A stretch of 64,000 nt of DNA from a virus, in the IMG/VR virus record IMGVR_UViG_3300025401_000016, positions 1-64,000 of that record. One strand, written 5' to 3'. The position numbers and the translations under genes were made by a program. Positions 1 through 10,020 of this stretch are shown here, one piece after another; within the stretch, counting starts at the first letter, position 1, and every line of letters begins with the position of its first letter. The notes beneath the pieces were generated by a model. That model saw nothing but the letters and a program-made list of their open reading frames with translations. It had not been told where the DNA came from and ran no database searches.

Positions 1-2132
1 ACTTGTACATTTGCAGCTTCAAAGTTATGTTTAACATTTGCATTACCAGTAGTGAATAATTCAACACCAGTACTTGGATCAAATGTAAAGTTAGCATTTT
101 GTGTTAATAAACCTCCCATATCTGCAAACACAATACTATTCAAATTCAAATCAGTATCATAAATGTTAGCAGCTTTGAATGCATGAGTAGATGTGATATT
201 ACCTGCAGTTAGTGTATTTGAATCAGTATTAAATGTTAAACTTGCACTTCCTATCAAGTTACCACTTGCATCAGAAAATACAACTTGTGTGTTGCTTAAT
301 GTGTTTACTGCAACATGAGATGCTGTTACTTGTCCGCTTACATTTGCAGCTGTTGTGAATAATGTATTAGAACTAAATGTTAAGTTTGTACTAGTAGATA
401 GATTACCGTTTACGTCAGCGATTGGAATACCTGTATTAGCAAAACTTGTAACTTGCAAATTAGCAGTTTTTAGATTAGCAGTTACATTTGCGTTTGTTAA
501 TGTCAATGTATCAGTACTGAATGATACATTTGAATCAATAATATTACCATTTGTGTTTGTAGTCAATAAATTACCTGCAGTATGTAAAGAATTGCTTAAT
601 GTTACATTACCTTGAATGTTTGCATCAGTTGATATGTCGATATTTGGTGCGCTTAATACGCTGCTCAAATATGTAAGATCACTAGCTCCATTGACTAATC
701 CAGTACTGTCATTAATGAATAAAAGTTCACCGTTATAACCACCGCCACCTGCATCAGTAATATACACTTCAGCAAAACTACCATAACCAGCAGCGTTTAC
801 ATTACCATTTGCATCAACTGTTAAGTTACCATTTGCAATGTTAGCAGTACCTTTAGCAACTAGATTACCATTTGCATCAACTGTTAAGTTACCATTTGCA
901 ATGTTAGCAGTACCTTTAGCAACTAGATTACCATTTGCATCAACTGTTAAGTTACCATTTGCAATGTTAGCAGTACCTTTAGCAACTACATTGCCATTTG
1001 CATTAACTGTAAAATTACCACCTGAGAAATTAGCAGTTCCTGATACAGTTAAATTAGCATTAGCATCAAAATTAGCATTTCCGGTTGATGTAGCAATAAA
1101 AAGTCCACTGGCATTTGCAGTAATATTAGATGTGCCGCCTTTTAATACTAATGTAGTACCTGCATTAGCAGTTACATTAGTACCGTTAATACTAGTATTT
1201 GCATTTGTTAAATTAATATCTCCACCGATATTTGCAACACCAGTGTCACCTACAAAAGTAAATTTACTACCAACAGTTACTGTATTTCTATTACCTACAT
1301 CAAACTTGAATGCATCTGAACCTGCAGTATTTCCAGTATTATCTTTGTACTGTATATCCCATGAATTACCTTTAGCTTCAATTGTAGCATTAATTGTACC
1401 AGTGATTGTACCGGTAACATTCAAGTTACCGTAAATGTTTGCATTTGCTGAATTTGCACCTGCACCACTAGCAATACCAATTGTTAAATCACCGTTTGCA
1501 GTTATACTACCGCTGGTAATTATATTGGCGTTTTGTACGCTTAAATCACCACCGTCAATAGTTAAACCTGACAATGTTCCAAGACTTGTAATATTACTTT
1601 GTGCATTACCAGTTACTATACCAGCATAACTTGCATAATTTGCATTTGCTACAGTACCTGTAACGTTAGCACCTGTAAGATTTCCTAATCCACCACCGTC
1701 AGCAGTAATAACACCAGCTGCATTTGCATGTCCTACGTTAGCTAATGCATATGTTCCAAGATTTAAATTACCATATTTGTTTACAACAACAACATCAGTA
1801 CTAATTGTTGCATCTTTAGCTAATGTAAATGTACTTGATCCTGGTAAATATCCCAAGAATGCATCTACTGCACCGCTATCATAATATGATAATTGTAAAC
1901 CGCGATCTTTACCATCTGAATTAGTTAGTGCTGTACCATTTGGACCTGAACCTTGTTGTACAATTGGACCTTCTACTTGAACTGTTGTACTATTAACAGT
2001 AGTAGTTGTACCCATTACTGTTAGATTACCAGTAACTGTCGCATTACCGGAGAAAGTTGCGTCATTAGTAACGTTTAATAAGTTATCAATATTAATATTA
2101 CCGTATACGTGCGTGTCTTTTAATTTTGCCAT
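1..2132 (-). CDS. Fibre-like virion structural protein (partial, runs off the window start)
   Basis: Open frame from ATG 2132 (MAKLKDTHVYGNINIDN...) to the window edge, with an AAGGA RBS. N/G/T/A-rich beta-repeats, a DGKDRG module shared with 4730..7936, and a 21-aa tandem repeat. Absent from the ORF track because it has no stop in the window. Confidence 0.8.
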   Translation of the reverse strand, partial: MAKLKDTHVYGNINIDNLLNVTNDATFSGNATVTGNLTVMGTTTTVNSTTVQVEGPIVQQGSGPNGTALTNSDGKDRGLQLSYYDSGAVDAFLGYLPGSSTFTLAKDATISTDVVVVNKYGNLNLGTYALANVGHANAAGVITADGGGLGNLTGANVTGTVANANYASYAGIVTGNAQSNITSLGTLSGLTIDGGDLSVQNANIITSGSITANGDLTIGIASGAGANSANANIYGNLNVTGTITGTINATIEAKGNSWDIQYKDNTGNTAGSDAFKFDVGNRNTVTVGSKFTFVGDTGVANIGGDINLTNANTSINGTNVTANAGTTLVLKGGTSNITANASGLFIATSTGNANFDANANLTVSGTANFSGGNFTVNANGNVVAKGTANIANGNLTVDANGNLVAKGTANIANGNLTVDANGNLVAKGTANIANGNLTVDANGNVNAAGYGSFAEVYITDAGGGGYNGELLFINDSTGLVNGASDLTYLSSVLSAPNIDISTDANIQGNVTLSNSLHTAGNLLTTNTNGNIIDSNVSFSTDTLTLTNANVTANLKTANLQVTSFANTGIPIADVNGNLSTSTNLTFSSNTLFTTAANVSGQVTASHVAVNTLSNTQVVFSDASGNLIGSASLTFNTDSNTLTAGNITSTHAFKAANIYDTDLNLNSIVFADMGGLLTQNANFTFDPSTGVELFTTGNANVKHNFEAANVQ
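801..1020. repeat. 63-bp tandem repeat (3 near-identical copies plus a degenerate partial copy)
   Basis: Units start at 801, 864, 927 and 990; the minus strand encodes (ANIANGNLTVDANGNLVAKGT)n. Confidence 0.95.
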
Positions 2133-2174
2133 TTTTTATTTCCTTAAATGTTTCTTAAATTTTTTATGTATTAC

Positions 2175-3077
2175 TTACGATAATACTGTTGTTTCATCAA
2201 ACTCATTACCTACTTGTATAGTTCCGTTTTTGAGCTGTTTCATTGCACCGTTATACACACTTGATAGTGGTGACGTACTACTATAAGTAGGGTTACCTAT
2301 ACCTGTAACGGTGTGTGCGCTAGCAGAGCTATCTGTTAATAAATGACCAGTAACTGCTGCATTAAGTAGCAAGACTGTATTGTCAATACTGTTAAAAGGT
2401 GCATACGGTGTACTAAAATTACTTAAATACAATGCAGCACCTTTCACAATTCTAAAATTTGTTACATATCCATCTAACCAACCAGCTGATGCAGGATCAT
2501 CATTTACTCCCAATCCACTAACTTCACCACCAATGGTTAATGCTCTTGAACCACGTGAATTATATGGATTGCTATCGGTGATAACAGATGATCCACCCAA
2601 ATATACTGTTACATGCCCCTGATGTTTTACCAAAGCAACATTGAACCAAGCACCTTGGGGTACTGTACTAGCACCACTATTAAGAATAGTACTACTACCA
2701 TTCCAATAATATAAACTACCACTTTGTACCTCTAAGTTATCACCATCAGGGAAACACCAAAGTCTTGTATACTTAGTGTTATCATTTAGATAAAACCAGC
2801 CCTCAATCGTGAAATCATTCGAATCAAATTCAAAATCACCAAGACTTCCGGTAATATTTAACTTTTGACTACTACCATTAAGTTGAATACTGCCACCTGA
2901 TGGAGCATGTGTTGCAATTGTAACTTCATCAAACTCTTTTGCAAATACATTAGTTCTTGTGAAACTAATATTGGTTTGTGTGTATTCATCTAAACCTTCA
3001 TCAATATTAGACGGTTCGTACACATATAGTGTACCATCGTTTACTAATCTTGCTCCAATTCTTGTTGGTGATACCAT
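2175..3077 (-). CDS. LamG/concanavalin-A-like domain virion protein
   Basis: DFTIEGWFY...WFNVALVK...VYLGG...LTIGG...GYVTNFRIVKG pattern typical of phage LamG-3 domains. Confidence 0.8.
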   Translation of the reverse strand: MVSPTRIGARLVNDGTLYVYEPSNIDEGLDEYTQTNISFTRTNVFAKEFDEVTIATHAPSGGSIQLNGSSQKLNITGSLGDFEFDSNDFTIEGWFYLNDNTKYTRLWCFPDGDNLEVQSGSLYYWNGSSTILNSGASTVPQGAWFNVALVKHQGHVTVYLGGSSVITDSNPYNSRGSRALTIGGEVSGLGVNDDPASAGWLDGYVTNFRIVKGAALYLSNFSTPYAPFNSIDNTVLLLNAAVTGHLLTDSSASAHTVTGIGNPTYSSTSPLSSVYNGAMKQLKNGTIQVGNEFDETTVLS

Positions 3078-3088
3078 ATTTTCCCTTT

Positions 3089-3655
3089 TTAACTATTAAA
3101 ATTAATATCTAATCCTGATGCCAATTCATTGTATGCTAGGTAAACTTTTGATGTTGTTCCACCGTTATTATTAGCTAAATGAATTGCACCCCCTACATAC
3201 AAATCTTTTTCTACCCCTGCTCCACCTTTTGTGACCAAACTGCCCGAATCTGTGGATGTGGAGTTGATACTACTATTTATCGTTAATTGATTATTTACTG
3301 ATAGGTTGTTTATATTTGCATTGCCTATATTGGCTCCATTTGCAAATACAGTATTGCTTAATATGACACCATCGTTATTGGATGATATAGTCTGAGCACC
3401 AAGATTTATGTTACCTGACAGATTTATATTGCTTGAATATACTGTTAATAATTCAAATGCAGCGTTACCAATTTGATATGTTACATTAGCGTTTGGTATG
3501 ATATTTGATACCAAATTACCAACTAAAGCAAAATTATTAACAGTTAATTTGTTACCAATATTGGCATTGTTTGCCGTTATATTCCCGGGTGCGGCATCTA
3601 ATGTAATATTTCCGGTAGTTATACCGTATCTAGCATTAAAATATTGATTAGCCAT
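3089..3655 (-). CDS. Small fibre/decoration-like structural protein
   Basis: Asn-rich beta-repeats and the STSTDSGSLVTKGGAGVEKDLYVGG motif common in phage fibres. Confidence 0.6.
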   Translation of the reverse strand: MANQYFNARYGITTGNITLDAAPGNITANNANIGNKLTVNNFALVGNLVSNIIPNANVTYQIGNAAFELLTVYSSNINLSGNINLGAQTISSNNDGVILSNTVFANGANIGNANINNLSVNNQLTINSSINSTSTDSGSLVTKGGAGVEKDLYVGGAIHLANNNGGTTSKVYLAYNELASGLDINFNS

Positions 3656-3675
3656 GGTGTTAAATAATTTCCTAA

Positions 3676-4728
3676 TTAATCCGTCACATATGTACCAATG
3701 TAGTTGACTACGGTACCTGTATTCTGTCCAGTTGCATATAATCTTACATTTCCACCAACTATATTGCTAGATAGTGTTACAATGTCCATATTATTGATAG
3801 CAGTACTAATAACACCATAAGTTGTAATAAAACTTAACATATTGTTTTGCAACAACAATATTTCCATTGATTGATATCCATCTCCATTATGAGCGTTAAT
3901 TATATATTTAGCAGTTCTGTAGGTGCTAGCCGTGAACTCATCAATCACAGTATTGACTGTTACAGAAATATTTGACTTATTTCCTACTATACTACCCAAA
4001 CTAATAGAGTTTGAAGTAATACTATTAGAGTGTATAGTATCAAGATTTGCATTGCCGTTACTGGTTATATTTCCTACTGATAATAAGCCCAAAGATGTTA
4101 CGTTACCACTACTATTACCTATAATAACATTACCCGCAGAATATCCCAATGACACATTACCTGTAACTGTTCCAAAGATATTTGCAGTTGTTGTATTTGC
4201 TATGATAGTAGCACTATTAATTGTAAGTGTGTTTCCTGTACTTGTAAAATAGTTGGCAAGAACATAGTTTGCACCAGTGACGTTACCACCTGATAGTTTA
4301 AGATTATATGTACTATCAATGGTAATGTTACCATTGACTTCTAAACTTGATAGTGTGCCTACACTAGTAATATTTGATTGATTGCCTGATGAACTGTCAA
4401 TAACCCCGTGAAAATAATTACTAGTTACTAAATTACCTAAGTTTGCATTTCCTGCACTTATATTACTTGTAACATTCAGATTTGTAGAAGATATGTTACC
4501 AGTGATAGTAAGTACATTTCCAACATAATCAAATGTGAATGCAGCACTAGCACCAATGGTAGAACCAGAATTGTATTGAACTTGTGTATTTGATCCGGAT
4601 GCGGCTACACTACCGCCACCGGTTTTACTATCAACATACTCTTTCGTGGCTGCATCGGTTGGATCAACAGGATCAACTACGTTTTTAAGTAACGTCTGTG
4701 AGGGGAAGGTGAGTGTTGCTGCTGCCAT
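3676..4728 (-). CDS. Fibre/decoration-like structural protein
   Basis: N-terminal DPTDAATKEYVD fibre motif; C-terminal IDEF...YRTAKYII domain resembling the C-terminus of 7949..8656. Confidence 0.65.
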   Translation of the reverse strand: MAAATLTFPSQTLLKNVVDPVDPTDAATKEYVDSKTGGGSVAASGSNTQVQYNSGSTIGASAAFTFDYVGNVLTITGNISSTNLNVTSNISAGNANLGNLVTSNYFHGVIDSSSGNQSNITSVGTLSSLEVNGNITIDSTYNLKLSGGNVTGANYVLANYFTSTGNTLTINSATIIANTTTANIFGTVTGNVSLGYSAGNVIIGNSSGNVTSLGLLSVGNITSNGNANLDTIHSNSITSNSISLGSIVGNKSNISVTVNTVIDEFTASTYRTAKYIINAHNGDGYQSMEILLLQNNMLSFITTYGVISTAINNMDIVTLSSNIVGGNVRLYATGQNTGTVVNYIGTYVTD

Positions 4729-4729
4729 T

Positions 4730-7700
4730 TTATGAAGTTGTTAGAATAAATGATGCTTGGGTAAACCCAGTAAACCCGTATATAGAATAATTATAACTTT
4801 GACCACCTGATGATATGGTCTGAGTACCTGTATGCCCAGTTGGATCATCAACAATATCAAACCCACCAAACACGTGTTTAAATGTATGACTAGCTAGTCC
4901 TGAACTATTACTTGGATAATTTGGTATAGCTATCCAAAGATAGTTTGTACTTGTTGTACTTGTTGTTGCACCTTGACCAAGTGCATAATTATTGCTATTA
5001 TGACTATCACTTATAGTAAATGTAGGTATTGTGCTATTAGTTGTTATCTTATAGAATAGCGGGTAGTACTTTGTAACTGCATTGATTGTACCAGTTACTG
5101 GTACTGTAGGAGTAGTTCTAGTTCCTGCTCCGTAATTTCCTGCACCTGTATAATCGCTTGTGCTTATTGTATAACTTTGTGTACTATCTAGACTTGTACT
5201 TGTTCCACTTCCTGCACCTGTGCTTGATAGTGATCCAGTTACTAATACATTAGCAACTTGTGTGTATGTTAAATTACCTGATACTGTAGTTCCTGTAACA
5301 CTAACACTCCAATTGAATCCTTGATTGATATTCCAGTATGGTACTGGATTTGCTGGGAAACTACCACTTACTGAGTTTACATTATATGGTTGAGGTGCAG
5401 TACTTGTAAGTGTGGTGCCTGTAACAGTACTCACGCCTGCTCCTGTTGAGCCTCTACTATTTGTTAAATTCGCAGTTACTGTATCAGTCACAGAACTTAA
5501 CCCATTGTATTCATCTGCATTTCTTAAGCTTGTATTAGGAATTGTAAATGTTGCAGTTGAATTACCATTTATACTTGGATAGATTGATAAAATTTGTGTT
5601 CCATTGAGTGATGTACCACCTACATTTATTGAATCACTTGATTGTATTGCAAAAGTAGCATTTGCTAATGTAACTGTTACTGTAACATTTGCAAGATTGG
5701 TTGTACCGGCTACATAGTTTGCATAAGAATTTTTAGTAGTACCAATATTAGAAGCACCTTGACTCCATTGATCAGTCATTGTGATGCTAACTGGACCCAA
5801 TTGTTGTAATGTATACACTCCACCCGGATATGATGGATTTGCGTAATTAGCAACAAAACCTAATGTTGACCCAGGCACGATTGATGGTACATTTGCTTGA
5901 ATTAAAAAGTAATTTGCAATATTTGCAAATGTTACATTACCTAAACTATCAGTAGCCGCTAATACATAATTAGTCGTACCACCTGATATTTTAGTATTGG
6001 TTACACTTGCATTAACTGTTGTTGCAGTACCACCTGTTGCAGTAATGTTTGTTAAATTGCTACCATCACCATAAAAATAACTTGCGTTTGCGATACCGTT
6101 TACATTGATACCATTACCTGTTACAACTAATACATTACTATTTCCAGATACATTAAAGTCAATGTTACCACTACTTAGTATATTGATGTTACTACTACCA
6201 TTGTTTAGTCCACTAGTACTAATTGTTTCAAATGCTAAATTGCCGGTACCATCAGTAGTAAGTATTTGACCAGACATACCGCCTGTAATTTTTACATTAC
6301 CTACATCATTCAAATTACTAGTACCTTGTACAGTTAAACTGCTTAGTGTACCTATACTTGTTAGATTGCTTGCAGTTACTAAGTTAGGTTGACTATTTGA
6401 TAGACTATCTAATGTTCCACTGATATAATTTGCACTTACTAAATTACCACCTGATACATTAGAACTAAAACTAATTGAGTTTACATTTGCAACGTTAGCA
6501 CGAATATTTGCTAATGTATTAACAGTTACGACATCACTAACCGCAGATACATTGCTTGCAAATATAAATTCACTATTTGCTGATTTCCAACCCATAAATG
6601 CATCAACTGGTTGAGTTGTATAATAGTGTAGTAATGAACCTCTATCTTTATTATCGTTACTTGTTAGTGCGGCTCCATTTGCTCCGCCACCTTGATAAAT
6701 GATTGGATCAACAATGCTAGTTGTGGTTGTATTTAAATATGATACAGTACCATCAACCGTTAAGTTACCCTTTACATCCAAATCATTTTGGATCGTTAAA
6801 CTTGTTAGTGTACCAACACTTGTAAGATTACTAGCACTGGTAATGTTTGGTTGATTGCCTGTTGTTAGTGTACCTGTATAGTAATTTGCAGTTACTAAAT
6901 TACCCAAATTAGCATTACCAGATGTTAGGTTACCATTGATGTTCAACCCTGATAATGTACCTAGACTTGTGATATTACCTTGACTTGCATTAACTACATT
7001 GCCTGCATAATTTGCATAGTTAGAACTATTGACTGCAGCGCTGGATAGTGAAAGATTTGTTAAGTTGCTACCATCACCGTATAAGAAATTTGCATTTACT
7101 ACATTAGCACCAGTTATATTACCACCAGCCAGTGTGATATTTCCGTTAACTGATAGATTTGCTAGTATACCAACACTAGTAATATTAGGTTGATTACTTG
7201 TTGTTAATACACCTGTTATATAATTAGCACTTAGTACATTTGCACCACTAACATTACCATTTAAATTACCTATAAAAGTTCTGGCTCTTATGTTTGCAAA
7301 CCCGTTTCCAGTTGCACTTGCATTTGCAACAACTACTTCACCGGTATAACTTGATACATCATATATTGCTTGAAACTCGCTATTTGCTGTCTTCCAACCA
7401 AAAAATTCGTTGATAGGTTTAGAATTAACCGTATCATAATTATGTAATAGTAATCCACGATCTTTACCATCACTTGATGATAAATTGCTATCACTATTAG
7501 AGTTAGGACCACCTATCTTTAATAAAGGATCATCAACTGTGATGCTTGCAGTATTAATATATGTTGCAACACCGGTAACTATTAAGTTTCCACCAATTGT
7601 TACATTATTGGAAATATTTAAATTTGATACATTTGCAGTACCTGTTACAGTCAGAACTGCAGGACTTGCACCAGTATCAACAAATGTTAAATTTGCAGAA

Positions 7701-7936
7701 CCTGCTAAGTGATTACCACTATTGAATTGTAATTGCCCATTTAGTCCGGCAGCTGCAGTGAAATTATACGGAGCACCATTTGCATAAAAAATATGGTCTG
7801 TTAGTAAATTTAATGCAGCTATATTACCTGCAAAATTACCAAAATTTGCAGTTACATTAGCAGTATTTGATATAACTAGCTTAGGTGTTTCTCCAACAGA
7901 GTAACCACCCGCTGAGTTAAACGTTCTTATAGCCAT
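4730..7936 (-). CDS. Large fibre-like virion structural protein
   Basis: 1068 aa; two (D/N)KDRG..LH.Y modules, repeated QPNITS.GTL motifs, Thr/Ser-rich C-terminal domain. Confidence 0.7.
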   Translation of the reverse strand: MAIRTFNSAGGYSVGETPKLVISNTANVTANFGNFAGNIAALNLLTDHIFYANGAPYNFTAAAGLNGQLQFNSGNHLAGSANLTFVDTGASPAVLTVTGTANVSNLNISNNVTIGGNLIVTGVATYINTASITVDDPLLKIGGPNSNSDSNLSSSDGKDRGLLLHNYDTVNSKPINEFFGWKTANSEFQAIYDVSSYTGEVVVANASATGNGFANIRARTFIGNLNGNVSGANVLSANYITGVLTTSNQPNITSVGILANLSVNGNITLAGGNITGANVVNANFLYGDGSNLTNLSLSSAAVNSSNYANYAGNVVNASQGNITSLGTLSGLNINGNLTSGNANLGNLVTANYYTGTLTTGNQPNITSASNLTSVGTLTSLTIQNDLDVKGNLTVDGTVSYLNTTTTSIVDPIIYQGGGANGAALTSNDNKDRGSLLHYYTTQPVDAFMGWKSANSEFIFASNVSAVSDVVTVNTLANIRANVANVNSISFSSNVSGGNLVSANYISGTLDSLSNSQPNLVTASNLTSIGTLSSLTVQGTSNLNDVGNVKITGGMSGQILTTDGTGNLAFETISTSGLNNGSSNINILSSGNIDFNVSGNSNVLVVTGNGINVNGIANASYFYGDGSNLTNITATGGTATTVNASVTNTKISGGTTNYVLAATDSLGNVTFANIANYFLIQANVPSIVPGSTLGFVANYANPSYPGGVYTLQQLGPVSITMTDQWSQGASNIGTTKNSYANYVAGTTNLANVTVTVTLANATFAIQSSDSINVGGTSLNGTQILSIYPSINGNSTATFTIPNTSLRNADEYNGLSSVTDTVTANLTNSRGSTGAGVSTVTGTTLTSTAPQPYNVNSVSGSFPANPVPYWNINQGFNWSVSVTGTTVSGNLTYTQVANVLVTGSLSSTGAGSGTSTSLDSTQSYTISTSDYTGAGNYGAGTRTTPTVPVTGTINAVTKYYPLFYKITTNSTIPTFTISDSHNSNNYALGQGATTSTTSTNYLWIAIPNYPSNSSGLASHTFKHVFGGFDIVDDPTGHTGTQTISSGGQSYNYSIYGFTGFTQASFILTTS

Positions 7937-7948
7937 GTTCTAAAATCC

Positions 7949-8656
7949 TTAATTTGCATAAATTACCGCATGTATTTTATAGTTAACTAAATTATTAACC
8001 AATGGATCAACTAATAATTCAATATATCCTAAATTATATGCAACTGAAAAATCACCTACACCAGGACTAGTAATAGGTACATCAATTGTACTAAATTCTA
8101 AGTATCCTACTTCTGATCCTAAAACAGTAGCGATCAATTTTGATGTTTGTCTATTATTACCAACTGGATCAGTTGCGATTACTGTATAGTCAATAGAACT
8201 AACAGAGAAAGAACTCAACTGATGTAGCTTTTGTCCTGTAGCATTAGTTGTTGTATTTGCAATGAGACCAATAGTTGTTGCTACTGTATTTGCACCAATT
8301 CCCAATTGAGAGTATGTTGATATTACAGGTCCGTTAACTGTAAAACTATTGCTTAAATTGTTAAAATTTATACCGGCTGCACCAGATATCACACCATTGT
8401 TATTATACATAACATCTGTGTTATTACCAGGGGCAATGATTGAACCGTTTACATTACCATTCAAATTACCAGTATATGAATTAGCAACAACATTTCCTGT
8501 AATAACTGTATCACCGGCGATTACTGCACTTCCGGCTATGGTAATGTTACCAATAACAGCAGACGGTGCTGTTATAGCACCAGTAGAATCTATTACTTGG
8601 ACTGGAGGTATCCCTATTGAATAACCCCCTACAGAATTGAATGCGTCAAGTGCCAT
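7949..8656 (-). CDS. Virion structural (decoration/fibre-like) protein
   Basis: First gene after the capsid terminator, with its own late box. N-terminus FNSVGGYSIG is paralogous to FNSAGGYSVG of the next gene. Confidence 0.65.
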   Translation of the reverse strand: MALDAFNSVGGYSIGIPPVQVIDSTGAITAPSAVIGNITIAGSAVIAGDTVITGNVVANSYTGNLNGNVNGSIIAPGNNTDVMYNNNGVISGAAGINFNNLSNSFTVNGPVISTYSQLGIGANTVATTIGLIANTTTNATGQKLHQLSSFSVSSIDYTVIATDPVGNNRQTSKLIATVLGSEVGYLEFSTIDVPITSPGVGDFSVAYNLGYIELLVDPLVNNLVNYKIHAVIYAN

Positions 8657-8685
8657 GAATATCCCTGAATTATATTTTTATTACT

Positions 8686-8693
8686 TATTTATC
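8686..8693 (-). promoter_or_regulatory. T4-type late promoter
   Basis: GATAAATA on the minus strand ~30 nt upstream of ATG 8656. Confidence 0.6.
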
Positions 8694-8717
8694 AATTTTT
8701 AACATTAGCTATCCAAC

Positions 8718-8741
8718 AAAAAAGGCTCCGTAGAGCCTTTT
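8718..8741 (-). terminator. Rho-independent terminator of the major capsid gene
   Basis: Minus strand AAAAGGCTC-TACG-GAGCCTTTTTT (cUACGg tetraloop plus U tract), ~45 nt after the gp23 stop. Confidence 0.85.
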
Positions 8742-8784
8742 AAGTAAACTTCCCATCCCGAGGGTAAAAAGTTTTTCTTTCCTA

Positions 8785-9987
8785 TTATTGGAAAGACAAT
8801 GTGTTAGCGATTGCGATCTCACCCAAATAATCAGCTGCATTACCAAATGATGATGCAGTATTTGTCAATTCGATGTAACCATAACGTGTCATGAATGATA
8901 CGACTGGTTCGAATGTTGATGGATCTAAAACAACACCAGAACTCATCAAAGGAATATATGGGCAATAGAATGCTGCTGCATCTGTCTCGCTTGTACCTTT
9001 GTATCCAACCAATACTGGTTGTGTATCTGATGCGTAGCTATTAACGAATACACGCATTGCACCATTCAATGTACCAACTAATTTTGTATTTGTTGGAGCT
9101 TCGAATGTACCTTCTGTTGTACGTGCAAAAGCCGAAGTAGTTGCAGATTGCAATACTGTCAAAGCTGCTGGACTTACAACTGCCCAGTTACCTGCGCCAC
9201 GACGTGTGCGTTGAGCAATCAAGTTAGCAACACGATTAATCAATACTGCTAAAGCTGCATGCTCGTCACCAACGAAAGTAGCTGTACCAGATACTGTAGC
9301 TTGGTTATATGTGTACTCAGTTGTAGCCAATGTTGATAGGCTCAAAAGAATCTCTTGGTCAATCTCAGCAGTAATCTCTTGTGCAAGAGCTGCCATGATT
9401 TCTGCCTCAACGTCAATGCCATGTTGTGATTGTGCGTCTTGAGCAGCTTCAAATGTCCAACGTGCTTGCAACTTACGTGATTTAGCTTCAACAGCTTGAC
9501 GTAGAATTTGTACGCTGATTTGCTTACCGCCATTACCTTCTAATACAGATGTATTAGCACCAGTATATGCAGTTGCAGAAGTGTTATCTCCTGAAGCTCT
9601 TGTTGAATAAGCTTGAGCAATTTTGAATGGGCTTAATGCCTCTTCACCTGCAGTAACTGATGTTCCTGCTGCACTATTGTCGGATAAGTTATTTGCATAA
9701 CGTACACGTAGTGTGTGAATTTGACCAACTGGTCCTGTCATTGGCTGAACACCAACCAACTCGTTAGCGATAACTGTTGGCATGACACGACGGATAACTG
9801 GAAGAATCACACGGTTTAATGTAGCGATGTTACCAGATGTTGTTGTACCAGCTGAAGACTCAGATAGTAGTGATTTGCGAGTATTCTCAAGAATAACTTG
9901 CATTGTTGAACGGCGATTACCTTTAAGACCTTCAAGTAGGGCTTCTTTGGTCTCGTCCCAACGACCTTCTAATAGAACTTGTGACAT
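8785..9987 (-). CDS. gp23: Major capsid protein (T4 gp23 family)
   Basis: LPVIRRVMP..IANELVGVQPMTGPVGQI, VEAKSRKL.A.WT.E.AQD, EITAEIDQEI, AAFYCPYIPL, F.TRYG motifs. Confidence 0.97.
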   Translation of the reverse strand: MSQVLLEGRWDETKEALLEGLKGNRRSTMQVILENTRKSLLSESSAGTTTSGNIATLNRVILPVIRRVMPTVIANELVGVQPMTGPVGQIHTLRVRYANNLSDNSAAGTSVTAGEEALSPFKIAQAYSTRASGDNTSATAYTGANTSVLEGNGGKQISVQILRQAVEAKSRKLQARWTFEAAQDAQSQHGIDVEAEIMAALAQEITAEIDQEILLSLSTLATTEYTYNQATVSGTATFVGDEHAALAVLINRVANLIAQRTRRGAGNWAVVSPAALTVLQSATTSAFARTTEGTFEAPTNTKLVGTLNGAMRVFVNSYASDTQPVLVGYKGTSETDAAAFYCPYIPLMSSGVVLDPSTFEPVVSFMTRYGYIELTNTASSFGNAADYLGEIAIANTLSFQ

Positions 9988-10020
9988 AATTATTTTTCTC
10001 CTAAATTCAATGTCTTAAAA

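Noticed and set aside
801-1020. Possible CRISPR array
   Set aside because: Repeats are head-to-tail with no spacers, length is a multiple of 3, and they lie inside a CDS.
355-1629. Plus-strand ORFs 355..615, 838..1434, 1435..1629 and the many other short antisense ORFs across the window
   Set aside because: Shadows of long, motif-bearing genes on the opposite strand; no RBS or recognisable domains.
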